The notes under the pieces are model-generated. The model saw only the letters and a list, made by a program, of their open reading frames with translations. It was not told where the DNA came from and ran no database searches. The position numbers and the translations under genes are program-made. A stretch of DNA of 64,000 bases from Octopus sinensis (taxonomy: Eukaryota): the NCBI RefSeq assembly GCF_006345805.1, contig NC_043013.1, positions 31,558,001 to 31,622,000 on the forward strand. The letters are read 5' to 3'. How positions within the stretch are numbered: position 1 is the first letter of the stretch; each line of letters starts with the position of its first letter. This document shows, piece by piece, positions 51,601 to 64,000 of the stretch.

Positions 51601-53243
51601 TATACATATTTCGAATTTCGAATATTTCATATACCCCTTACATGAGACTGTATTTCCTATTCAGTGAAACTAATTGATAAACTAACGCCTTTTAACAATA
51701 TTGCTAGAGCAAGGCTTGTGCTCTTGTTTTTGGAACTGTTTGTATTGCCACTCAGACTGAACCTAATTCGGCCGAACGTGATGAATGATTTTCCAACAGG
51801 ATGTTTTCTGTGAATATAATGACCGAATGTTCCATTGTGGCTTATATTTATTTTAAGCCGTTGGAATGTTATTGGAGAAAAGAAAGAAAACTTCGAAGGA
51901 TCATTCGCGAAATAAACTACAAAAACAAATAATTCCTAAGCTGTCATGGCCTTTCGATATCTACTTTAATAACTAATTTTCAGCTTATTCCAGTTTCAAA
52001 TACTTTGTTTAGCTGCAAGTGAACACTTAACCAATTGATTTATAAACAAATGTATTCCAGTTGTCACTTTATTCCTTTCTCACACGTTATTTATCTTTAA
52101 ATTTCATTATGCAAATTGTTTTATCTTTATTTTATAAAAGACTGTAGGACTTAATTCAACAGTCATTTATAACTTCTCAACATACAAATCCAGATTCTTC
52201 TAATGGTTCATCGGTTTCACTGTTAAGTTGTGGTAAAGAAATTTATTGCACTGTCTGCTTATAAAGTGGTTATGAGGTTGGGATACATAAAAAAAAACAG
52301 CCTAACTGTTCATGGGTATGGCTAAGTGATAGAAAAAACAGTTTTCTGACAAATTCGTAATTTCTTGACCATGAAATAAAGACTTCGGGAAGAGATGTCC
52401 CAAATAAACATGCAACAACCTGGCCTGCAAAACTCATTGTCATCGCAGACCAACTCACTAGTCAGAGATCTACTAAGGCTACGCTAATTACCACTGCCTG
52501 TACAAATGCTTCACATTAATCCATCTGAGAAAACTAAGCCATTGACAGAAGCCACCATTGTTGCCATATGGCATCTTATGCAAACGTGTATCTCCATATT
52601 AATTAAATGACATCAACAAACTGACTGATATGTCTCCCTCAGTTGCTTGCGTTTATGCATTGTATTGAAATCCAGAAAGAGTACCAAAGGATGCAACATG
52701 CATTTATACATCTCTGAAATTGCAAAGCTTTCTTTTAGTCACTTACAACAAGTTTCTCCTCCATTTATCACCCATTAAGATCCCTATAAGCATTGATGCA
52801 GTGAAATTTGTTGTATCCGCATTCAACTAAACACAGATCACAGTCAAATGACAAAGCTCAGAACAAAGCATTCGCTTCCAATTCAGTGAGATTACGGCTA
52901 TAATACACACTGGTATCAAGTTTAGAAACAATTCCTCTCATCCCACACTCAGAAACCCATTTTATCAAGTTGTATTTCTAACATATTGGCGAAGCAATAT
53001 GCACCATCTCTTATACATGTTCTCACTTAATTCATCGAACACATATACATTCTCTGTCTCTCGATCAACCAATCTATCTATCTAGGGATTCAGTTATTCT
53101 ATTCTTTCAATCTATCTATCTAGGGATTCAGCTAAAACGTGTACTAGAAATTAAAAACAAGCACAGACACACGCACACAAGCACACAATCACACACGCAA
53201 TCACACGCATAAACACAAACACACTCGCACATATACAGACATA

Positions 53244-53284
<41 letters not shown>

Positions 53285-53334
53285 CAGTTATTTCAACGCG
53301 TGTAATCTTAGCACTTGGTAGAATGTTGAATTTT

Positions 53335-53480
53335 AAATGCCGTTATCAAATAGTGGTTTCAAACTTTTGCACAAGGCCAGCAATTTTGAGAGTGGGAAAA
53401 GTCGAATGCATCGACACCAGTATTCAACTGGTACTAATTTATCAACCCCAGTGGATGCAAAGCAAAATCGAAGCTGTTGT
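53335..53480 (-). mobile_element. Decayed SINE family A core
   Basis: atcgacaccagtattcaactggtactaatttatcaaccccagtggatgcaaagcaaaatcga is the reverse complement of the family A core. Confidence 0.6.
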
Positions 53481-53529
53481 TGAAAGCGACAATACTTTTA
53501 TTTATAATAGTTTTATTATTATTATTATT

Positions 53530-53965
53530 GCCTTTGCACAGCCTTTAAAGCTGGAGATGTACTACAGTGCCAGCTGTTCACTTCCAGTGTACTAAGGTAA
53601 TTATTATCTTTCGAGCACCATCCGGATTATTCGAGCGGTTCCAAGCAGTGCTGTTTTCTGCAAGTGCTCCAACCTTATTGCAGCCCCCATTTGTTCAATG
53701 TACTTCTCAAGATTTTTAATCACTGTTCCCAGGGATCCGACAGTTATTGGTACTAATACCAACTTTTTCGTTGACAACTGCTTAACCACCCAAGCTAACA
53801 TCAACTTTTGTTTCCTCCTTATCGCATACCTTGTTCTCTGTTGGGCATGCTATATCTATGATCCAGCATAGTTTGCTTTCAATTAACACTATATCTGGTT
53901 TCCTATTCTCTATCTCATGGCCGCGCTGAATCACAAAACCCCATAGGTTCTTTGCATTATTATTC
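53530..53965 (-). mobile_element. R4/Dong-clade LINE 3' fragment with (AAT)n tail
   Basis: NLWGFVIQRGHEIENRKPDIVLIESKLCWIIDIACP.ENKVCDKEE; LVPITVGSLGTVIKNLEKY..LEHLQKTALLGTARIIRMVL. Confidence 0.85.
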
Positions 53966-54059
53966 TCGATGATGCCTTCGAGTTCATGTTCGTACCACTT
54001 TTTTGCTCTGTCAAGTCCGTACTTGTTGCAAAGTGTCCAATGGACTATCCTTGCTATTT

Positions 54060-54074
54060 ATTATTTTTATTATC

Positions 54075-54166
<92 letters not shown>

Positions 54167-54196
54167 TATTATTATTATATTATTATTATTATTATT
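54060..54196 (+). repeat. (ATT)n-(CAT)n-(ATT)n compound microsatellite
   Basis: Direct reading. Confidence 0.95.
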
Positions 54197-55687
54197 GAGT
54201 GAGTGAGAGAGCAGTGCATGCCATCAAAGTGACACTGGGGTAAAATATACGAAGCCCAGTATGCCCAACATGACTACCCGTCTCTCCATATATATAATAT
54301 TTCTCAAGTTGATCTTCGGCAGCTACATTTTGTTCCACATACATTTTCAGCGCCTTTGCAAAATTGGTTATGCAGAAGTTTTTCTTCGACTTCTGACGTG
54401 ATGGCTTTGTATTTCATTATTGTTCTTTTCTCCTATTACGCGCTTTATCACCTGTTTTTATCAACTGTTTTTAGTAGTTTTCCCGTGCTACTCTGTAAAT
54501 ATTCAACTAGACTTTATATTATCCTCTGTACACATTCTTCAACTGCTATTAAGTACCTTCCATTCTGGTATCACCTCAAGTACAGCCGGTTGATATAAGC
54601 TTTCGGATGGTGGGCTGCATACATCGTTAACAACTGCCTAGTAAGTATTATTATTATATCTATTATTATTATCATCATCATCATCATTAAAAATATTAAT
54701 TTTGTTGTTGATATTGTTGCTTTATGCAAGTTTGCGAACGACGCGAAAGAAATATATTCAAAAATGGAGGCGAAAACATGACTTTTTTTTTTTTAAATGA
54801 GAATTATTATGATGAGAAAATGTGGGAACTGTTGATTTATGTTTTCACTAAAATATTAGCTATAGATTTTCGATACATGGTGCGTAAATCGCTCATAAGA
54901 TAGTAGCTGCATATTTCATGACGGGACTATATAACTGAGCCATTTACCTAATATTTAGGCCATTTTTATGAATTTCGGATATTTTCGATATCATTTTTGA
55001 TCTGCCCACCTAAACCTTAATCTCTATACATGATGTAATCTAAACAACTTTCTTGTATCTTTCTTGCCTATCGTTATTAAACAAAAATATTCAAGCCGAT
55101 GAAAGAGCTTTTACGTAATTTCTCGTTTTACCCTCTCCCATAAAAAAACAATCTCTGACGTAACCTAATAAACATTCCTGCAGCGGTAGTCTTGTCTATG
55201 TTTTTCAGGCCGATTCTATTTTCTGATATCGTTTGGTGCGTCGGAAAGCAGAAATAAACATATGTTGCTTATTTCAAGTAGAATTCTTGGCATCTCACCC
55301 TGTCTACCGACAAAAACGGGATGTAGTTTATCGCCAATTTACCACCGCAAGAAAGACGCTCTAGATCGCTGGATCTCAGCCCTATCAGGAATTCCCGTGT
55401 TCCAGGGTGCTGAAGTAGGGTTTGCTCATTAAGAGATGATCCGAATGTGCACAGCTGGCTCCTTAGTCTTGCAGTTCAAAGTAACTGATTTTCAGACAAG
55501 GCTGCGACATCGACAAGACAAAATAGGATAATAAATAACTATAGAGAAGCGAAGGCATGTAAAGTTCCGAAGAACAACAATGATTCCAGCAAAGGTAAGA
55601 TCAGCCATAATTAGAAAATCCTGATGTCTATTTCCTTATCTGTCGCTGATCTTTTTCTGTCTATCCTTCTTTCATCCACTCTGTTTT

Positions 55688-55719
<32 letters not shown>

Positions 55720-55722
<3 letters not shown>

Positions 55723-55931
55723 AATGTGACCGCGTGTGTACCGTTGGCGATTTTTTTCCTCCGTCTTCCCTTCTTTGGATCTTTCCTTTTCCTATGTTTC
55801 TGACGAAGAGCTCCGCTCGAAACGCTAAAACCCTCCTTCTTTCCTTTCTTCCTGAGCGTCCAATAATACTATATTTGTTCCACGTCCTCGCGTTGCTGTG
55901 TTTTCTCTTTGTGTTTTCATGTTTGGATTAA

Positions 55932-55935
<4 letters not shown>
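55720..55935 (+). mobile_element. Short pLTR-like module between (TA)n tracts, with minimal hammerhead motif
   Basis: (TA)n on both sides; ttt CTGACGA a gagc-tcc-gctc GAA ACGC T aaa at 55797-55829. Confidence 0.65.
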
Positions 55936-55988
<53 letters not shown>

Positions 55989-56014
55989 TGTGTGTGTGTG
56001 TAGGTAGATGGATG

Positions 56015-56093
<79 letters not shown>
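56015..56093 (+). repeat. (GATA)n microsatellite
   Basis: Direct reading. Confidence 0.95.
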
Positions 56094-56094
<1 letters not shown>

Positions 56095-58013
56095 TGGAAT
56101 AAGCTGATGTTCTTAGGTCCATAATGTAGAGTACTGTTATCCTGATCAAAAGATTATTGCAAGTAGTGTATGGCATAGAGGTATCAAGAAATATATGTCA
56201 CCGTGCTTCCCATTATACAATTACAGGCAAGTCAACCGATCATTAATTTTACCAATTTCTTTGCGAATACTTACCTTGGAATTTGAAAGAAGTGTACTAT
56301 GATGTTTTGGCTGTTGTATAAATTACGGTATTCCACATTTGTTCGTTTAAATATTCTGTAGTATTAACTGATCTGAAATATCATGAAACATTTTCCTCAG
56401 GGCGAATGAAGTTATACTGATCAGATTTTGTCTCCAGAACTTTTAATATGGAAATACATGCAGTAATGAATGTGGTAGATAATTTTAGGAAAGTGAAAAT
56501 ATATTTGGAGACATTTTATTGTCTTCTATAGAGTTCCAAAGGCACATATTTTAAGAATTACTTGATTTTAAAAGAAACTAATTTTAATGAACTTGTAAAG
56601 AAGATGTGAAACTGCGTGTGAGAAGCATGGCGAAAATACATTGAGGCTCTATTGAACGAAATTACGAAAAATATGTATGATGAATGTATCTTATGTGAGA
56701 AGAGTCCAAAAACCTTTTGCATGAATTGGAACCTATGATGACGGAAATATTTGTAAACTTATTAAGGAAAAAAAACACGGCAGCTATTAATGCTTCCTAG
56801 ATATATAGTGTTGCAGACGTGGATCAAAAATCCGGTTGAGAAATATTACTTTACACGATAGCAAGTATATATTTGCCAAGTATATATCCATGTGTGTTCA
56901 GTGGTTTCCATACTATTCACCTAAATATTAGAAGCACTGTGACAAATGATAAAATCATTCACGACATTAAGCAAAGTATTAATGGTCACAATATTAGTGA
57001 TCCAGAAACTACGTGGCCTCAGCTAGAGCAGAAAATGCTTGATGAACAAATAACTGCCGTATTGTCGCAATTAAATCAACGATAACCAGCGTATTTTCAT
57101 GACAATTTTGCGCACTAAACCACAACGACGGAACTATCAGAAAAATACATGTCTTTGATATTACAGAATACATTTTCATTCCCTAGCAAAACATACATTG
57201 CATTGAAAAATGAAACACTGGAGGAATCTTGCTGCACGGCTCGTGGTTTAACTCCAGATTAATTCCTGTCAACCCTAAAGGGAGTGAAAGGTTCCACATG
57301 CAATTTTGAGAGCTTACGAAATGTTGAATGTGTATTGTACGATAAATACACAGAATCTACACAACAAAGAAATCTGGCTGAAGCGATGCACGACGGAAGC
57401 ATCAAAAGCGCAATTGCTTTCAGAGGTAAGATATCTCTAGGCATCCATTTCTGCCTTGAATACACTTAATTACTGATGAAATACTGCAGCAGTTGGAAAG
57501 GTTGATAGCATTTATATTGCAAATAAAGATATAACAACGGAATATATGTTACTGACAAGAGACAGGGTTAAGCCAGCTCCAACGTCTTATACTTCCCAGT
57601 GATGCAACACCATTTATCACAACAATAAAGCGTTCATTTTACACAATGTACTTCAGTATATACATACACATACGTATGTACGTATATGTAGGGATCTATA
57701 TACACAAAATACATGTCGACGATTTTTATCTATTCATATATACATATATGTATGTGTTTATGTATGTATGTGTATGGTCGTACGTGCACACATAAAGATG
57801 TATCTATCTGTAATAGATACATCCATGAAAATATCCTACCATTGAAGTTAGACTCAAGGATAAAAAGCTCACTTGAAATATTCATAACAATCAACATCAA
57901 AAGACAACCAAAATCTTGTGCCAAATTACCTACATAAAATTTTACTCCAACAGTCAAAGAGTGTGGTTACCCCATATACGGAATTTGCATTCATTTTTAA
58001 GAGAAAAAGTATG

Positions 58014-58079
<66 letters not shown>

Positions 58080-60193
58080 TTTAATACTTGTTAAACATAA
58101 TTATTTCCTTACTTCATAATGTAGTATTTTTAAACATTGATCACTCACACGTAATTTTGCAACACGACAATGATTTTCTATTACATCACGAACAATGTTA
58201 TATCATTAACACCGTTACAACGCACCAACGAACATAATTAAGAACATGAATTCTGTTTGCAGCTGTGCATGTATTAATTAATCTAAAAAAATACCATTCA
58301 ACAGAAAACAGACTAACGTACTGAAACTATGGATGACTATAATAAACTCCCTGGATAAGCAGATGCAAATCTTTTCCAATATACTCTTTGCATGGGAAAT
58401 ACATTCATAAATTAATTAGTGTATTGTGTTACAATCCATAGAGAATAGCTATCATAAATTAACAATAAAAGATCTATGAAAATATGTGGAATTTGTCCCC
58501 TAAAGCTGCTTTCTCAACGACAAAATAAAATAGTAAGAATTTGCGTTTACTGAAACAAAAGAAACGATTTTCAGTTCCTCAGATATTGTTAATTTTATCG
58601 AATAATTAAAGATTTTTCGTTATTCACGCAGTCATTCCAATTGTGACTGAAGATAGAGGAAAATATTCGGTAACGATTACCTTCAGCATACAAAATTAAC
58701 TGATATTTGTTGTATAATAGAGGGTATCTGATTCAAATTCAATTTTTCTTCTACGCATTTGCTGCAATTAAAATGACATAACACGATATTACCAGGGGTT
58801 ATATTTCAAAACATTTTGTTCTTTATATTAAGATGTTGCTCATACAAGTCTCGAATGCATTCAGACGCCATGCGAGATATGCTTCAAATAGTCAGAAACA
58901 TTTCTCCAAATTAAGAAGAATTGACATTTCGTTTTAGTTGAGACAGCCTCCAGACCAGAAATTTTGTGGAATTGTTCGACAGATCGTAACGTGAAATCTG
59001 AGTTTCAGAAAAAAAGTTCCTTGATACGTTCCAAATTCGAAGATGATTTTCACTAATTTATTTAAAATGCTCAGTAATTTTACCGCTGCTTAATCTTATA
59101 GTCTAGTTCTGTTTTAGTTAGATGCGACACACGCACACGCACATGCATACATAAATGTGTGTGCATTCATATAAGTATGCATATATCTATGAATATATGT
59201 ATATACATGTTACATTTATTTACGTATAAGTGCATATACGCATCAACACATACATACACATACATATTATACACGTACATACATATGATTTCATGTATAT
59301 TTGTAAGTAAACATACATAGACGAGTATATGATTAGTAGTTTTATGTTTAACTTTCTCTCCAGCATTGAAATAAAAAGAGACAATATTCAAATCTGTTTC
59401 GAAAAATTGTGCACCTAAATTAGGTAGATATCTACCCATACGTGAAGATATCTGTCGGCGTGTTTTGAAGTAGACTCCCCTTTGAGTACAATTGATTCAC
59501 ACATTAGGGTGATATACTTAAACATTAATCCCATAAAAACAATACTTTGTTGGTTATTGCTCATAAATTAATATTTCTTCCAGTTTTTTACAATTCATTT
59601 TTGAAATTTCGTTTTTGTTTGGGTTTTTTATATATACATTTTAAATTATTTGTGTAGCTTTGTAATTCTTTAAATATTTTTATTCAACGTAGTTAATTTC
59701 CAGTATGTACCTAATCGATATTCTTATACCGAGTGAAAAGTACTTTCTGTTTTGAATATTTCGATATTACATTATTCAGCCCACATGCATTTGCATGTTT
59801 CTATTTAGTTCTCTGTTTCCACTTTTATCATTTCATAATACATTTCTATTTCTAAAAACCGTATGTAAAGTATATTCTATTTCTATAATATGGAGAGTTA
59901 ACTTTCCCTTTTATTTTTCTGCTTAAAGTATCTACTTTACTTAAGCACAGGTTTAATATGCTTGGCATTGTATCCGGCATAGAAGTATAGTTTTTTACAT
60001 TTGTACATTTCTTCGGTGTCATTTTTATTTCTTATCATTTACAGAGACGTATTTTCTCAGTTTTATTCACTCCTAAGTATTATATGAAAGTTAATTCTCT
60101 GATTTCGGTGCTTAAATCTAATTTAATATAAAAATTTGAGTTAATTCGTATCATACACGTACTATCGTACATTTTTACAATCTATGATTAATT

Positions 60194-60618
60194 TTTACTC
60201 TTTTACGTGATTCATTAATTTGACTGTAACCATCAGGAGCACCGCCTTTGGTCGAGCAAATCGACCACAGGATTTATTCTTTATAAGCCTAGTATTTATT
60301 ATATCGTTTTTGTTACCGAACCGCTGAAACTCGGGGACATAAACACACCAACATCGGTTGACAAGCGATGATGGAGCGCGGACAAACACAGACACAAAGT
60401 CATACACACATACACACACACACAAACACACATATATATACATATATATATACACACACATGAAGGCTTCTTTCAGTTTCCGTCTACCAAATCCACTTAC
60501 AAAGTTTTGGTCAGCCTGAATCTATAGAAGAAGACACTTGCCCTCGATTCCATGAAGTGGGACTAAACGTGGAACTATATGTTTGGGAAGCAAGCTTCTT
60601 ATCACACAGCCACGCCTG
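60194..60618 (-). mobile_element. SINE family B, near full length
   Basis: Reverse complement of the family B layout with internal (CA/TA)n. Confidence 0.85.
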
Positions 60619-61152
60619 ATTTGTTGTAGATTTACTTGCAACTCATCAACACAGTTAAATATTCTTAAATCATGCGAGTTATATATTCTTAATTTTTTTT
60701 TTCTGTAGCATGTATAAGCCTTGATTTTTAAGTTGTATTAGGGCTGCGCAAAAGACTGGCAGGAATTCATTGTCTCCCTGGAATATTCTTCTTCTTGTGG
60801 ATATAGGGTTATTATCATTTGCTGGTTCGATAATTGTGATGTGTTTATTTTCACTTTCCTAATACTAGTGCTGTTTTATTCACGTGTAGCTACAAGTAAT
60901 CGAAACTTGCAAATGCATTTCAGTAATCAATCCTGCCGTGACAAATTGTGTTTTCTCTCTCCTATAGGATGTCGGATCAACAACCGCAATTACCACGCAT
61001 GTCTTTCATTTTATTTATTAGAATTTTGTTAGTATTCTTTTTAGAATATAGGAGCAGATGTGGTTGCGTGATACGAAGCATCCGTCCCAACCACGTCAGT
61101 CCCAACTTATGAGATGATGTGGTTAACTGAAACTAAAAATAGCCTGTCGAAT

Positions 61153-61291
<139 letters not shown>

Positions 61292-62212
61292 TATATATAT
61301 ATGGAATGGTCGATTTTATCGGTGTCTGTACCGTTTGATAGAGGCAAAAGAATCTGTAATCTTTGCAACTCTGAACTTTTTCACATTTTGTTCGCCCGAG
61401 GGCAGCTAGTTAACTCGATTTTGCAAAACTCTTTTAGATGTCCCCACTGGAGGCGGCATACATTTCATGCATACAATTGAAGTCTAAGATAATTAACACC
61501 TGGATGTCCTAAGAAAGAAAAAAAATTTGGAAAAAAAATTTTGAATTAAATTTGAAAGGGGAAATTACTCCCCTTTTAGCGTATGATCTGCTGCTTATTT
61601 AGAAACAATATCAGGGATTATACTCCCCTTGTTTGACAAGTCATCTTTAAACTGGTCACAGACGAACACACAGACACAGGTTGTTATCAGCTGCTTGACC
61701 AACAATAGCCGCAACATATTTTCTCCCTAGCTGCTTCCTAGGCATACTGCCACACATACATAGGCGCACACACACATACATGTAGGTAGTTTCTCACACC
61801 CAAATAAGATAGCTTTCATTCTTAAAACAATACGAACATTAACACTAGTTATACAGAATATGTTCACATTCTTTGGTTTTCTGTAATTCTTCCCCTACCC
61901 AATGTTAACCGGAATTTGACCTCGAATTATCTCAACGGACTTTTTCGTCGGCCTTCACCCACCCTGACGTCAACGCATATTGAGAGACAGTCTTGTGCCA
62001 TTCATACCATGGGCTCCTAGGGAGCGTTTGTTCGAAAAGCTTGCTGCGCATTTGTTTGGAGATTTAAGTTCCTGGATTTTCCTGAAGAGAATGCTGCAAA
62101 ATGGTCTCCTTATTCAATCCGAATTAGGGAATTTGCAGCCTTTGAAACATGTGTAGAAAATAATAAAAAGGAATTTTGTAAAATCTTCGTTCAGCTCCAT
62201 TTCTTCCCTCAC

Positions 62213-62290
<78 letters not shown>

Positions 62291-62291
<1 letters not shown>

Positions 62292-62448
62292 TATTCCCTC
62301 ACTCTGTTTATTTCCTCGTGTTCCTTTCTTTGAAGAGCGTAGGCTCGAAGCGTAAGAGACTTTTTCACCTTCCCGAGCGTCAAATTAACACACCTGCTTG
62401 TTGTTTATACACCTGTATTCGTCTTTTGTTTTTCTGTAAATTCCAACT
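62291..62448 (+). mobile_element. Short TA-embedded pLTR-like module, sibling of 39399-39592
   Basis: ttctttgaa gagc-gtag-gctc gaa gcgt a agagac..ttcccgagcgtcaaattaacacac..ttgtttatacacctgtattcgtctttt. Confidence 0.6.
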
Positions 62449-62524
62449 ATATGTGTATGTGTGTTTGGTGTGTGATGTGCGTTTTATATATGTGTGAATG
62501 CGTGTGTGTATCTATGTACATGTA

Positions 62525-62740
62525 CGTTTGCGTCTGTGTTAGTCCTCCAACACCGCTTGATAAACGGTCCTTGTGTATTTACGACCCCGTAACCTAGCGG
62601 TTCGGCTATATGGGGTAATAGAATGTGTACAAAGTTTTCAAAAAATAAACCCTGAGGCTTATTTGTTTGGCTAAAGCCCTTCAAGTCGGTGTACCAACTT
62701 GACTGCACTCAGATGACTGAAACAAGTAAAAGATAAAAGA
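62525..62740 (+). mobile_element. SINE family B 3' half
   Basis: cgtctgtgttagtcctccaacaccgcttga..cccgtaacctagcggttcggc..gatgactgaaacaagtaaaagataaaag. Confidence 0.75.
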
Positions 62741-64000
62741 TCACTATGTGAACTAGTCTTCAATATAACAACGATAACTCTTACATATCAAAATTTAAGA
62801 AATTATTGCATAGTTTTACTATTCAAATTACAGATTGCATTTGTAAAGTTCGTTTTAGCCGGTCTCTCTTTTCTTTGCTGCTTGAAAATTCCAACCAGCT
62901 CCAGACTATGGCTTAGATATTTACGAATATAACAAAGTTGACTAAAGACTATTGGCATCAAGACAAATATATGGTAAAGTAGAGAAGTTGAAGGTTTTAA
63001 AGTGGTTTTCCATGCACGTTCTCATCCTCAATAATTTTGGAAGGGATGGTCACGTTCCTCGACAAATAACTTCTATGTCTGATATGACTTTTCCTTTTTA
63101 TCTCAAATAACTTTGTCAGCTCTGTAATGTTTACAATTGGTAGACGTTTTGGTGGGACTCTATCCCCAATATGCATTTTGCTGATAAGTATATGTGTATC
63201 TAGTCCACAGCAGTGCTATTGTTTATATTTTTTCCAGGGAAACTTTTCCTCGGATGGCATTGTATATTGTTCTGTCAAAGACTTAGTATTGCAGTGGAGA
63301 TGACGTCATTTATATTGATTTCTAAATAGGTTTATTTCTCTTCACGTATTCTTACCAATATTTTCTCCACTATAATAATCTCTTTTCTAATATATATTCT
63401 CTTTAATGATGGAAAATATGTACACACACACACTCATACACACGCGCGCGCACACACACACAAACGCTTGCACAGATGCATTCACTCAAACACGCGAACA
63501 CACATACATTCATGTTCAAGCACGTATTTACAATCAGTGTCAGTTTTAATTATTCGGTTTTCCTGAAAGGAAGGTGAGGTTGGGTGAATATCCCACAGTT
63601 AATTAATACATAGACATTTAAGAAACTATAGAATGCTACATATCAGTTGGTATTTTGGAAGGGACGAGTATTCTGAGGCAGTGCTTTGTCGTTATTACCA
63701 AATATGTAGCAAAACAGTGAAGTGTTCGCCATACTGTTGGTGATGAGGACAAAATGTCTGTCTCAATGAAGAATTCAATATTTAAAACCAACTATCAATA
63801 GTGACACATCTAAGCTACAAAACAATTTAGATAGTCATTTGAATTTTTAATGCTAAAAACTTACCAAATAGGCGAAAAGATAGTTTCTTAATTTTAAGAT
63901 AAGTTAAACAATATAAACCATATACATTATTTAAAACAGAAATGGAAGATAAGTATGTATTTATAATAACATTTTCTATTACTCCATCTCCATCTAAGTA

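Noticed and set aside
55497-55594. AG...GTAAGA-bounded segment with one open frame
   Set aside because: No recognisable peptide; splice-like motifs of this quality are common by chance
56600-56680. EAWRKYIEALLNE, similar to the LINE linker motif W..YF..LLN
   Set aside because: Single isolated motif with no flanking RT motifs detected
57281-57427. Open frame GVKGSTCNFESLRNVECVLYDK... ending at AG|gtaaga
   Set aside because: Weak acceptor and no homology I can recognise; needs RNA-seq
61965-61972. CRE-like TGACGTCA (also near 12683)
   Set aside because: One or two 8-mers are expected by chance in 64 kb, and there is no other promoter evidence
63000-63300. Minus-strand RADKVI*DKRK..NVTIPS, faintly like an R4/Dong endonuclease
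   Set aside because: Too degenerate to support; no AAT tail seen

Overview
Eukaryotic, AT-rich, extremely microsatellite-dense DNA. The repeat landscape (TA/AAT/GAT/ATAC/GATA arrays, tRNA-derived SINEs, R4/Dong, RTE, Penelope, mariner, Helitron) most resembles an octopus/coleoid cephalopod genome; this is inference. I found no supportable host protein-coding exon, tRNA or rRNA gene in the 64 kb, so it is probably a large intron or gene desert. Almost all long ORFs in the supplied track are translated microsatellites; the rest are decayed transposon fragments. The most notable signal is a set of short non-coding modules carrying hammerhead-ribozyme (HHR) cores: CUGAnGA - stem II - GAAA - minimal stem III - NUH. 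The best case has two canonical-core type I HHRs in a 151-bp near-perfect inverted repeat with ~30-bp-spaced CCAAT boxes (16265-16749). Another HHR lies about 130 bp downstream of a tRNA-like Pol III head (8215-8525). More degenerate or variant cores occur at ~39.5, 43.1, 55.8 and 62.3 kb. A decayed Penelope-like RT/GIY-YIG element (33.8-35.8 kb) represents the type of autonomous partner expected for such modules. Other structures are a 754-bp foldback element, a 64-bp spacer-less palindrome, a minisatellite arising inside a duplicated SINE head, an (AAT)n stretch stacked with R4/Dong and SINE insertions, and a possible decayed HDV-like ribozyme in an RTE-type 5' UTR. Coordinates were read by eye; boundaries of decayed elements are approximate, and SINE family labels A-D are my own.
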